NCBI RefSeq assembly: GCF_006345805.1
Contig: NC_043003.1
Coordinates: 99,262,001 to 99,326,000, forward strand
DNA: 64,000 nt
Direction: 5' to 3'
DNA from: Octopus sinensis
Lineage: Eukaryota
In this document: piece by piece, positions 49,183 to 61,339 of the stretch
How positions within the stretch are numbered: position 1 is the first letter of the stretch
Layout: each line of letters opens with the position of its first letter
Notes under the pieces: model-generated
Seen by the model: only the letters and a program-made list of their open reading frames with translations
The model's database searches: none
Told to the model about the DNA's origin: nothing
Translations under genes and position numbers: made by a program

Positions 49183-51200
49183 CTATGGATACTATGTTGG
49201 TTCAATCTGATAAGACTGGAAATCTGTACAAACTTGATAAAGACTATTATTTGGAATTACTTAAAAAGAAATTCAGAAAAAGTATAAAATTGCTGATAAA
49301 AGAATATTTAAGAAAGCCAACAATGAGGCTATGAAAATCATGGAGAAATATAACCTACAAATGAAGACAGAACCACTTGATTCTAAGCAACCTCGGTTCA
49401 TTTTGAAGGATCACAAACTAAATTTTTTCACTAACCCATCATTAAGGCTTATCTGCCCTTTTAGCTCTGACATCGGTACCCTTAGTAAGAATATACTAGA
49501 TAAATATATTCCTAATTTAATTAGAACATTAAAACTTAGTTTATGGACTAATTCGTTTGAAGTAGTTGACTGGTTTAGTTCTATTACCAATAAGGTGAGT
49601 ACTAAGTTTATCCAGTTTGATATTTCCAATTTTTATTCATCTATCAATCCAATAGTACTTAATAAGGCACTTTGGCTTGCTCATAACAAAGCTGGTCTTA
49701 CTCGAGAAGAAATTAATGCTGTGTTGGCAGCCAGAAGATCTATTATTAAATTTGATGATAAGTTGTGGGTCCGTAAAGACACACCAGATAGTTTCGATAT
49801 ACCAATGGGAAGTTCTGATTCAGCACAGATAGCTGATTTGGTATGTATATATATTCTTTTTGAAAAGGCTGAAGAGTTCCCTAACATCTATGGAGGTCTA
49901 TATCGTGATGATTGTTTACTTTACCTCCAAAATGTTTCCAACCAAAAGGTACAAAAAGTTAAGAATAGTTTAGTTAATATTTTCAGTAGAGTAGGCTAAA
50001 AATCGTTTTTGATGACGATATGACGAAGGCCAACTTTTTAGATACTACGCTTTATTTACACAGTGACTCTTACTTCCCATATCGTAAACCGTTGACCAAT
50101 CTTAAGTACATAAGCAAATTTAGTAATCATCCTGGAGCAATTACTAAGAACTTAGTTAAGAATTTTTCATTTAGATTATCTAAATTATCTGCTAATGTTG
50201 ATATTTTCAATAATAACGCTGAATTCTATAACTCTGCCTTAATTAAAGCAGGTTATACAGAGAAAATTTTCTACATTGATTCTGCTCAGTCTAATTGTAA
50301 ATTCAATAATGTAGATAATATTTCTAGTCGTAAAAGAATTATTGATAACAAACATACTTACGCACCGATACAAAGCGAATGAAGGCAGATAACCCTTATT
50401 TAATCCCCTATTATCGATCTAAAAGTAAATATAACACCTTCAAAAGTAATTACGCTATGAATACTAGTAAAAATATTTGGTTAATAATTCCTTACGGGAG
50501 ACAAATTAAATCTAATCTCCCACTGCTGTTTCGTCAAGCTATTGCTAGGAATTTTCCAAACAATTCTAGATACTACTCTATTATCAATTCACATAAGGTT
50601 AGGATAGGTTTTTCAAACACAAAAAATCTCTTGCAAATTATCTCTTCACATAATAACAAACTGTTAAATATTAATACATTTACTAATACTAACATTAATT
50701 TAGCTAATACCATCCAACCCCCTAGAAATATTAATAACAAGGTTATTGTATCTGAAGTCAATTCCAATAGAATTAAGTTTATGTCAAGTAACTCTAAGAT
50801 TAAAAATTCTATATACCAGTGTATAATCAGTACTCGGAATAAAGTACGATTTTACATTGGAAGCACATCGTTAGAGTTATCTAAAAGAATTTCTATCCAT
50901 TACTCAACATTTAGGGATAGAAATAAACGTGATAGTACCGGTCTCAGCAAACTGATTTGGGATTTAAAAGACCACAATGAACAATTTCATTTAGAATGGT
51001 TGATTCTCTCAATTTCGATACCATATGACAAAGGCAAGGAATTCTGTCTTCTCTGCAATTCTGAGCTATTTTTCATTATTTTTTCTAAAAATACTCTAGT
51101 AAACACGGTTATAGAACGAGCATACAGATGTAAGCATTGGCAAAAACATACATTTAGTGCATATAGTAGTCTCCTATCATTATATATAATTAAACTTTAA
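49183..51200 (+). pseudogene. PLE-3 RT + GIY-YIG, three single-base frameshifts
   Basis: VQSDKTGNLY, LKDHKLNF..LRLICP, IQFDISNFYSSI, PMGSSDSAQIADLV, GGLYRDDCL, NFLD, IWLIIPY, SIYQC..FYIGST..R..H..TGLSKLIWDLK..CLLC..E..CKH. Confidence 0.92.
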
Positions 51201-51371
51201 TTTCCTTTATATTTAACATTCACTATTGGTATCCCTACTCTTTCTGTTAGCTACTTATGACGTTATATCATATACGTTTTTTTTAAACAATATTAATAGC
51301 GTTCTTTCTATCGCTATCAAAATCCATCATTTTTTGCTAAAATGTCTTATTGACGAGTTTCGCTTTTTTTC

Positions 51372-51457
51372 ACTTTCCTGAGGAGAAGATTGCATTGTTT
51401 ATACCATTTATTCTTTTGAATAGTATCAGTGGAATTTTCGAAACATGTGTCGAAAGT
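51372..51457 (+). ncRNA. Type I hammerhead ribozyme (PLE-3 3' UTR)
   Basis: 6-bp stem I ACTTTC/GAAAGT; CTGAGGA 51378-84; stem II GAAGATT/AATTTTC; GAA; stem III ACA-tg-TGT; GUC ending at 51451. Confidence 0.85.
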
Positions 51458-51646
51458 AAAAATATTTGATTACACCTGCGTTAAACTCCATTTATTTATT
51501 CATATATTATTCAAAATATTCAACGTAAACACAGAAGTTTCTACCTTTATAAAAAGGAGTTCAACATCTTTACTTGTGAGATTTTTGCTACCCTGGTAAC
51601 TATTTATTTTTTCCGTGTTAATTGTTAACAAGGTAAAAATACACTC

Positions 51647-51681
<35 letters not shown>

Positions 51682-51726
51682 AGATATTATATTATATATA
51701 TATAAATTATATATATATATATAAAG

Positions 51727-51760
51727 GCAATGAATAGCTTATGACGAAACCATGGTATGC
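51727..51760 (+). ncRNA. Minimal hammerhead, A3:U8 core variant (second subfamily)
   Basis: GCA-ATGAATA-GCTTATGAC-GAA-ACCATGGT-A-TGC; stem II weak; the downstream ~170 nt aligns with the Neptune 3' UTR 18061-18225. Confidence 0.6.
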
Positions 51761-52559
51761 TTACTGAATCTTTAATTATCTCATAATAATGACTTTTATG
51801 ACTTTTTTATTACTACCTCAGACCATCTAAATGTATATATCTGTCGTTAACTTTCATAAAAAGCCTTTTCTTTTATTTACAATGCGCATTTTCGTTGATT
51901 TTTCTTACTTTCCACTTACATTTCCACGTGCAGTTTCTATTTTCTTTTTGTAACATATTTCTATTATATATATACAAATTGAGATAGGGGTTGTGAGTGC
52001 AACCCACCATGGGATAACAAATATCCAATATACTGCCAGTAAAGCACCCAACAAAGTTAATACATAAATGTTAAGAATTGCGATGCAATTAATTCATTTA
52101 TTGTATTATATGGGCAAAGGTAAAATGTTTTACCACAAATTAATAATACAAAATAAGAAAATGAAGAAATACACCTTAATCAATAATCAACTACCAGATA
52201 ATACCCAATCACATAATTTATTAATCCACTACATGTGAACATCAAGGTCAAACATAATAGTACAGAACAAAACAATGCACATCAATGAGTAATATGATAC
52301 AATAAGTACAATATGTATAAGTGAATATAAATAAATATAAATATAAATATAAACTACATCTTACATCTGTTTCAGCCATGTAGATATGGGTATCTCATTA
52401 TGCTCATATTAGCCAGGTGTGATAAGTTAATATGTGGTTATAAATGAGACACTTACGTATATATATATATATATATTATTTATTTTATTTTATTTTATCT
52501 AGTTTCAGCTCACGAGCTGTGGCCATGCTGGGGCACCGCCATTTTACTTCACGAATGCT

Positions 52560-53125
52560 TTTTAGCAATTGCCATTTGGTGCATGAGAGAGTTCGATGCA
52601 GCCGCCCTCATCTGCACCTCCTGCCGTGAAGTTGGTTCATCTGGGACACCTGACAGGAAGAGATCCACTTTCATTTTAAAGACATCTGCATCCACTCCAT
52701 GCAAGTCTCTTAGGTTCTTCGGGAGGATATTGAAGAGTTGTGGCCTCTGAAGCCCAGGCTATCACAGTATCTTGTCCTACATCTTGATGGCAAATTTGGA
52801 GTCCTTGGCACTATGCAGTGGCGCCCAGTTCTAGCATTTGTGTAACTCTCGATGCCAAAGTTTGGGACAAGTCCTATGATCTTCCAGATGTATATTATGG
52901 CATATCTTTCTCACCTACGCTCTAAGGAATAGAGTCTTAATCTCTTGAGTCTTTCCCAATAGCTTATATGCTGCATAGAGGCTATCTTCTTCGTGTAGCT
53001 TCGTTGGATCGCCTCAAGTTCTGTGATTAACTTGACATTGGATGGTGACCATAGCTGAGAGCAATAGTCAAAGTGGCTTAGGATAAGTGTCCTCCAGAGG
53101 ACCATCATGGTTTCCTGGTTTCTTG
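52560..53125 (-). mobile_element. CR1-like LINE ORF2 3' fragment (second family)
   Basis: LWRTLILSHFDYCSQLWSP..LEAIQRSYTKKI..SYWERLKRLRLYSLERRRERY..GPQLFNILP..FK.K.D.FL..VPDEP. Confidence 0.85.
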
Positions 53126-53230
53126 TTCTATTAATCAGCCGAAATTGCGAAGATGACCCGGTTCTTGACCGTGTTTTTTGTATCGTCTTCTAAATGTTTC
53201 ACGTTCTTGTCCCAGTTTGTATTTTTTTAC

Positions 53231-53338
<108 letters not shown>

Positions 53339-53352
53339 ATATATATATATAT

Positions 53353-53397
<45 letters not shown>

Positions 53398-53415
53398 TAT
53401 ATATATATATATAAA

Positions 53416-53449
53416 GCAATGAATAGCTTATGACGAAACCATGGTATGC
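53416..53449 (+). ncRNA. Minimal hammerhead, A3:U8 variant (duplicated copy)
   Basis: Identical to 51727-51760. Confidence 0.6.
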
Positions 53450-54249
53450 TTACTGAATCTTTAATTATCTCATAATAATGACTTTTATGACTTTTATTAC
53501 TACCTCAGACCATCTAAATGTATATATCTGTCGTTAACTTTCATAAAAAGCCTTTTCTTTTTTATTTACAATGCGCATTTTCGTTGATTTTTCTTACTTT
53601 CCACTTACATTTCCACGTGCAGTTTCTATTTTCTTTTTGTAACATATTTCTATTATATATATACAAATTGAGATAGGGGTTGTGAGTGCAACCCACCATG
53701 GGATAACAAATATCCAATATACTGCCAGTAAAGCACCCAACAAAGTTAATACATAAATGTTAAGAATTGCGATGCAATTAATTCATTTATTGTATTATAT
53801 GGGCAAAGGTAAAATGTTTTACCACAAATTAATAATACAAAATAAGAAAATGAAGAAATACACCTAATCAATAATCAACTACCAGATAATACCCAATCAC
53901 ATAATTTATTAATCCACTACATGTGAACATCAAGGTCAAACATAATAGTACAGAACAAAACAATGCACATCAATGAGTAATATGATACAATAAGTACATA
54001 TGTATAAGTGAATATAATAAATATAAATATAAATATAAACTACATCTTACATCTGTTTCAGCCATGTAGATATGGGTATCTCATTATGCTCATATTAGCC
54101 AGGTGTGATAAGTTAATATGTGGTTATAAATGAGACACTTACGTATATATATATATATATATTATTTATTTTATTTTATTTTATCTAGTTTCAGCTCACG
54201 AGCTGTGGCCATGCTGGGGCACCGCCATTTTACTTCACGAATGCTTTTT

Positions 54250-54810
54250 AGCAATTGCCATTTGGTGCATGAGAGAGTTCGATGCAGCCGCCCTCATCTG
54301 CACCTCCTGCCGTGAAGTTGGTTCATCTGGGACACCTGACAGGAAGAGATCCACTTTCATTTTAAAGACATCTGCATCCACTCCATGCAAGTCTCTTAGG
54401 TTCTTCGGGAGGATATTGAAGAGTTGTGGGCCTCTGAAGCCCAGGCTATCACAGTATCTTGTCCTACATCTTGATGGCAAATTTGGAGTCCTTGGCACTA
54501 TGCAGTGGCGCCCAGTTCTAGCATTTGTGTAACTCTCGATGCCAAAGTTTGGGACAAGTCCTATGATCTTCCAGATGTATATTATGGCATATCTTTCTCA
54601 CCTACGCTCTAAGGAATAGAGTCTTAATCTCTTGAGTCTTTCCCAATAGCTTATATGCTGCATAGAGGCTATCTTCTTCGTGTAGCTTCGTTGGATCGCC
54701 TCAAGTTCTGTGATTAACTTGACATTGGATGGTGACCATAGCTGAGAGCAATAGTCAAAGTGGCTTAGGATAAGTGTCCTCCAGAGGACCATCATGGTTT
54801 CCTGGTTTCT
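54250..54810 (-). mobile_element. CR1-like LINE ORF2 3' fragment (duplicated copy)
   Basis: Duplicate of 52560-53125. Confidence 0.85.
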
Positions 54811-54917
54811 TGTTCTATTAATCAGCCGAAATTGCGAAGATGACCCGGTTCTTGACCGTGTTTTTTGTATCGTCTTCTAAATGTTTCACGTTCTTGTCCC
54901 AGTTTGTATTTTTTTAC

Positions 54918-54994
<77 letters not shown>

Positions 54995-55002
<8 letters not shown>

Positions 55003-55013
55003 CTGAGAATGTG

Positions 55014-55048
<35 letters not shown>

Positions 55049-55260
55049 TCCCCTAAAACTTGAGAACTACACAACCAATTTCATTCAAATTTTATACATG
55101 CCTTACTTAGGGTCCATGTAGTTTCATGGGAAAAAATGTTCAACTTCTTGCCTAAGGCGAGCCCATAGCAATATCATATCTTCTCCACTATTTCAGTATT
55201 ACGCGTTAAAAGTGAAACAAAAATATTTCTCTATTTTATGTCAGATACTTTCACTTTAAC
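54995..55260 (+). mobile_element. Possible non-autonomous Helitron/Helentron-type 5' end
   Basis: TATATA.. followed by (GTCT)n and AAAACT..GAACTAC.CAACCAATTTCATTCAAATTTT, a layout I recognise from DINE-1/Lep1-like elements. Confidence 0.45.
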
Positions 55261-55504
55261 AATAAAAATTAGAGATAATAATAACAATTGAATTATATGT
55301 AGTAAATAATAATCAAAATCAAACTGAAGTATAATATAATAATTAAATCGTAACATAACAAAAGTAAAAATAGCAATTGGTATAAAATTGCATCAATTAA
55401 AATTAAAATGGAAGAAATACAAACCTATTTCGGATTGATCACCGACAAAGATGGTGAATCTAGGATAACACCACCAAACGAAATAAAAAGTTAAATGAAA
55501 GACT

Positions 55505-56151
55505 ATTTTCTATAAAGTATACAATGTAGAGAAAACAAAATCTGATGAATAGGCCGTGTATGGAAGCAGTACCTTGTTTTTGGCGAGAAACTCACGAGTG
55601 AGGGTGCTCGGTGACAGGGATATTGTCGTCGTGAAGAATCCAATTGTTCGCACTCCACAAATCCGGTTGCTTTCGCCGAATGTCCTCCCTTTAAACGCTT
55701 CAAAACGTCGGAGTAGAACTCTCGATTGACTGTCTGACTCAGGTGGGAGGGGAGGGGTGACACTCGTAGCAAGTCTTCCAGATCGTTCATCGTCTTCTAG
55801 GAACGTTCTTCTGCTGTTGAAGCGCCTGTGCCACTCAAAACACTGCGTATGACCCATCGCTTCATTGCCATAAGCTTGTCGAAGTATGCTCAATGCCTCT
55901 GTAGCAGACTTCCCAAGTTAAACACAAAATTTCACGTTAGCTCTTTGTTCCTGTATATAACAAAATTGCAGACTACAATATACATGTAATCACTAAACAC
56001 AAATTTCACAACTTGCGAAGTAAACACAGCAATGTCACTTGACATACTGCCTCATGAAGATCACTGCTAGCTCTCACTGCACATACAACCTTTTGCTGCT
56101 ATCTGTTGGCGCGCTACATAACTTGTCCGGGAACTTTTTGATACCACCTCG
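55505..56151 (-). mobile_element. Internally deleted mariner transposon
   Basis: TA|CGAGGTGGTATCAAAAAGTTCCCGG terminus; LRQAYGNEAM..CFEWHRRF..LEDDERSGR and fused LPY.AYSSD. Confidence 0.8.
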
Positions 56152-57119
56152 TATATCTATGATTAGGTACTGTATATATTATTTTGTATGTACACACACA
56201 CACACACACATACACACACACGCACACACACACACACACACACACTCACACACACACACAATATTTGTATGTATATATTCTATGTAATGTTCTGCAATTT
56301 CTAGCTGAACAACCTACACAGATGACTTGTTTATACTGATCAAATGTTCGCGCTGGACATAAGCTCACACCCTCCATCAAACTGACATTACCTGTACAGG
56401 TGCACAGTGTGCCACATGTCAGGTGTCGAAGTGATCACAGAACAATGTGAAATGAAGTATTTTACTCAAGAACAACGGATCGTGAGCGCAACACCCTAAC
56501 CACTAGGCTCTGTGTTCTCATTTGTTTTATGACGCCTAAATGCCATATTGATATTTAATACTTTGGTGGTCATTTCAAATTAAACTGAATCTAACTGACG
56601 ACTATCCACGGGCTCAGCTAGTCTCCACCTATAACACTAGGGAAACCGTTGAAGTGGTACAGTATCTGATTAAAATTAAATATGTAGTATTTGGTTTCGG
56701 TCCTTTTACGTTCCGAGTTCAGAATCACACGGCACCGAGATCGACCTTGCTCATTATCCCTAAAAATCCATTACATCGACCAAATAACTATCTCAAACAG
56801 TCTGGTTTGGTTACTGCGTGACAGACATTTGAGTTTTCGCTAAATTTAACCTATCATCGGTTGAAAGATCGCTTTTGGGCGGGTAGGATCTCTGTTTATC
56901 ATTGGTAAATTTTGCACGGTAGAAATTGAACTCTGTTCTGCAAGCTAAGGAACCACCAGCCAGCTATTTACAATGGTCACCATTCTAATGTGTCCTATCT
57001 TACCTTTTTAAAAGCGTGATGAATGACGAGTAATTATTTTATCGACCTCGGAATATTGAAGATTGGAATTCGATTCTAACCAGATTTAGACTTTAAACGT
57101 TAAGAGATGTAACTAAGTA

Positions 57120-58179
57120 GCGGGGAGTGGGATATAATAGGTCATTAGGGCATAGAGGGGCATTTGCCAGATTTTCATCATTTTTCCCTACTCCAAATCA
57201 GGGACTAGGATGAAGCAGCCATTATGAATTGCATCATCCCTCCTACTACTATAAATGTTATATTCTTCCTGGTGATTCCATTTCAAGTGCCTCATTCTGG
57301 ATCACTAGACTCAATCACTAGACCAGCCAATATTTGATCGTCAAACAAAAATTCATGGTGCTGTAAAAATTACTGCAGATTTGGATTTTTGTGCTAGAGG
57401 TATGTTCTTTACCTATGTTATGTTGGATAAAGAAAATATTCTTGAAAATTTAGAAATTCAAAGGAATTCAAAAATGGGGTATAATAGGTCACTTGTTAGT
57501 TGGCGAAATGGAACATAATGGGTCACTTAAGACAGAGCACACAGACGTCTATAAATATAAGAAAAGAATTAAAGAAGTCTTCCATACCCTACAAATAGGT
57601 GCCAGTATTTGAAAGTATATTAGCAGCATCGTATCATGTAACACAGAATCAAGAACTAGGTAGTAGAGCGTGTAGTAGCCAAAGTAACAACAAAATCTAG
57701 GAGTGGAAAGACAGGAGAGTAACTTGCTCCAAAATGGCAGAAAACAGGTTGTGTAGAGTCTGACAATAGTGATGGTGACCATGATAGTGCAGATGATTCG
57801 AAGGAAAAAGAGACTGAGAGTTCCCCCTGCAAGAGATTCTGGAGCAGATACAAAGGCAAGAACAACGAAGTTTGGTTACTGCGTGACCTTTTGATGGTTG
57901 TGTTCTCCCTAGATTTATTCCAAAGGGAACAGATGTTACACATGTTTTTCACATGTTTCTATGTTGATTGCATTCATTGTTCACCCAAAGTTTTGGAAGT
58001 AGTTTAATTATAATGATGTCTATATGAAGAGAGCATTCAAAATCCATAGGCGGTACTTATAAGAATCATGACGCAGTTTCTTAGATTGTAAATCCACGTT
58101 TAACTGTTACATTTTGGTTTTTATTTGACAATGTTTCCAAAATTTTTGGAAAATTGACCCATTACACCTCGCCATACCC
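57120..58179 (+). mobile_element. Possible pogo-like DNA transposon relic with a PHD-finger-like remnant
   Basis: Imperfect TIR cores G.TATAATAGGTCA / TGACCCATTACACC; 57815-57975 translates with frameshifts to PCKRFWS.YKGKNNEVWLL(R/C)DL.DGC..PRFIPKG..TCFY. Confidence 0.4.
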
Positions 58180-58812
58180 AACAAAACATGTACTCTGATG
58201 CTCTGTCGTTTCTGACATTCAGATCTCTCAGATTTCCCAGAACATTGCAAAGTGAATCATCACAGGATCTCGAGCATGGTTGCTCGGTCTGTTAGAAATA
58301 TCAGCTGATTCCCCTTCAAAATGGAATTACATTGAATATCATAGTTTTAGACACATCATGTCTGAAAAAGGAAGCAAGAGACGATCACGGTTGGTGTGTC
58401 CATCCGTCTACTGGACCATGGATGACCTGGCAGTAAATAACAACCACAACAACAACAAGAGAACAAAATGGAAATCGATTTGTCAAAAACTAAACTTTAT
58501 TGATCACAAGACAAACTGGAAATGAATGAAATGGTAGGAGCGGAGGTGATTGGGGAACCAGACAAGTACGACATAAAGGTCTTTGTTATTCTACATCAAA
58601 AATAAAAATAAACGAGTATATTTATCTCTTTTGTATAAGCCACAGTTTGTCGCTAAGACAAGGGTCATGGCTGAAAATAAAGGGTTATTTCAAGTCGATC
58701 ATATTGATTTGTTTTGATTTCACGTTTGTACATTTTCGGTGAATTAACAAACCCAGTAGGGAGTATCTAAAAACTAAAAAACAACAGTCAAATCTCCCTC
58801 AACCACATTTTG

Positions 58813-58859
<47 letters not shown>

Positions 58860-58907
58860 TCGACACATGGTCTAACGCTCTGTGCGTCTAGAATTAAAAA
58901 AGGCGTC

Positions 58908-58947
58908 CCGCTGATGAACCTAGCCTTGGCAAACATATTCTGTCTGG
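58908..58947 (+). ncRNA. Hammerhead relic
   Basis: CCG-CTGATGA-ACC tagcct TGG-cAA-ACA tattc TGT-C-TGG; G12 lost or changed. Confidence 0.4.
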
Positions 58948-59776
58948 TTTGCTAGAAAGAGGTAGAAACTGATCAGTCCGGGATATATCGTTAATGGTAA
59001 ATGTTTTTGATTTTCACTCTCGATGAATTTTTCCCTTTTTCCCAGCACTAGGCTTCCTTATTTGGGAGCCCTTAATTATATTTCTATATGAATAATATTT
59101 TGTCTAATGACTAATTCGTCTTTTGTGCTAGACCACTGGTAATAATAATCTATGTTATTACCCTTTTTGATTATATATATATATATAAAGGGACTCATCA
59201 AACAGCAGTTTGGGATATACAAATGCTTGAAAAACGATGGGTTGGTGATGGATGAGGACTGATTTGGGTTGAAATAACAATAACCTAACCAATTCTCTGA
59301 TATCAGACTGGGGCTGAGAAAGAAACAGAGTGAGATGAAGAGGGGGAATTGAGTTCTTTAAGATGAAGGTTTGCTTGTCTCTATCTTGTTTACAAGATGC
59401 AACCGTAACACTTTACTTTTAAAACAATGCATTTCTTTCCCTGCTGCAGAAATTAGTAGTAGTAGTAGTATAAATGAGGGTAATACTAGTGGTTTTAAAA
59501 ATAGAGCAGAAATAGAAGGGTAATAGTAGCTGTGGGGTTAGTAGTAGTGTTGGTAATAGTGGTTGTAGTGACAGCAATGGTGGTAGTTGGAAATGTAGTA
59601 CTTGTAGTGTATTTAAAATAGTAGTAGTAGTTGTGGTGGTAGTGGTGGGTTGTATTGGTTAGAAGTATCAATGATTACGAAACCAGCTCTTGAAAATATT
59701 TGCATGATAAATTTGTTTAACCAACAATTCAAAGTTGTTAAAATAATAATTTTACGGTCTCTTTAACCTCATCTTT

Positions 59777-60024
59777 GAAGGTGAAACACTTTTTGTAATA
59801 CAATTTCACAATGTTTCGATCGATTTCGCCTCGGATCGTTATTCCTGGATGTGTACACAGAAACAAAGAAGGATCGGAGCCAGAAACAAAGAAGGATCGG
59901 AGCCAGAAACTTAAATTTCGTAACTAAAGTGTGTACACCTGCAGGAAAAAGATACTTAATAACGAGCGACGATCAAACCGATTGAAAAGTAACCTTGGTG
60001 TAAAAAATTGAAAAATCTACCTTC
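59777..60024. repeat. Degenerate inverted repeat enclosing a 23-bp tandem duplication
   Basis: GAAGGT..GTTTCGATCG..TCCTG..GTGTACAC versus GTGTACAC..CAGGA..CGATCAAAC..ACCTTC; CAGAAACAAAGAAGGATCGGAGC x2 at 59858-59903. Confidence 0.5.
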
Positions 60025-61339
60025 ACTAAAAATATGAATTTAATACTCCATAAAAATTATAATTGTATTAGCAACTTGTCTGCAACGAATAAACATTAAA
60101 TTTAATGTGTTTAAAAAAATATTTAGTTATAAAGTACAAACAGAAATATATTGCGTAAAATATACATTTACAATATTTTACTGATCTTTTTCGCTGCTTG
60201 TGAAAATAATTTATCTTAAATTTTTTGTGAACGAGAATAGTGAATAAAATAAATAAAATGGGAAGCGAAAAAAAACCAACAAAATAATAGCCATTATAAC
60301 AACAAACATGAAATGAGAGGGAAAGGAAGGAGACAGAGAAACAGGCGAGAGGAAGGGAGAAGAAAGAGAGAATTAATGAGTGAGAGGGAAAGAGAGAACG
60401 ACAGAGAGAAAGATGGAGAGACGTTAATATAGTCTGGATGTTGAGAAAATAATGTGACATCAGCGTTAATGTCAGTTGAGTCGTCTCTCTCTTTCTCTCC
60501 TCCCCTCCCTCTCTCTCTCTCCGTATACATATTCTTTCATTCTTTTACTTGTTTCAGTCATTTCAGAATTGTACTGAAATAGCAGATGTAAAAGATATTA
60601 GAGCACCACCAGAAAACCCGACATGCTAGAAACAATAGGTAAACGACATTATTTCTGAAAAAACTTCCTCACTTTCCAAAAAGCTAAAAGTGAAACATTG
60701 GGAGTTTGTAGGTTTTTGAAAGTGGTGAGGTGATGGGGGATGTTTGGAAAGGAGATTTTGGTGTTTCTTTAAGAAGAAACAAAGAAGAAAATTCTTTAAG
60801 ATTCGCACTCTCTGCTTTTTCTCCGTGGATTGCCAAGAAAAAAATTGGAATAAAAGTAAAACATGAAGGAATTGGGATGGGGTGGGAGAAGATTAAAATA
60901 TTGAGAACGTGTTTTTTGGGCGAAATCCGAATCTCCTGTATTGAAAACATAGGAATTGGAAGAAATTTAGGAAAAAGATCAAGGTGAGGTGGAGGGGCGT
61001 AAATGTCACCTTGGACATGCTAGAAACAACAGGTAAAGGACAGGGTTTCTGGGAGAACTTCCTTTTAAATTCATATCGAAGATCAGTTTTTAAAGACATT
61101 ATCACAAACAGATTACAGAATAAAAAGACGTGATTTCAATTGGATTTGAGCTGTAATATTGCGCGTGCACATAATGACATAATTAATACAGAAGTTTTAA
61201 CTAGTGTATGTGTGTGTGCGTGTGTGCCAAATGGAGTTATTTTGTAGCATTCTTTCGTTTGAAGCTGGGAATTTGTCCACTCGATCATATGGTCGATCAT
61301 GTGGGATCACAGGATTGATCGTTAATTTCCTAAAAATTT

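Larger units (their letters stand above)
48516..51645 (+). mobile_element. PLE-3: 5'-truncated Penelope-like element with inverted 3' segment at its 5' end
   Basis: 48516-49182 is the reverse complement of 50767-51433; the body starts just before the QSDKT motif at ~49183. Confidence 0.92.

Noticed and set aside
42486-51200. Naiad/Chlamys-type or selenoprotein-encoding PLEs
   Set aside because: The EN is C-terminal here, and the stops trace to frameshifts rather than in-frame UGA at Cys positions.
59858-59910. CRISPR-like array
   Set aside because: Two contiguous 23-bp units with no spacers, in eukaryotic DNA.
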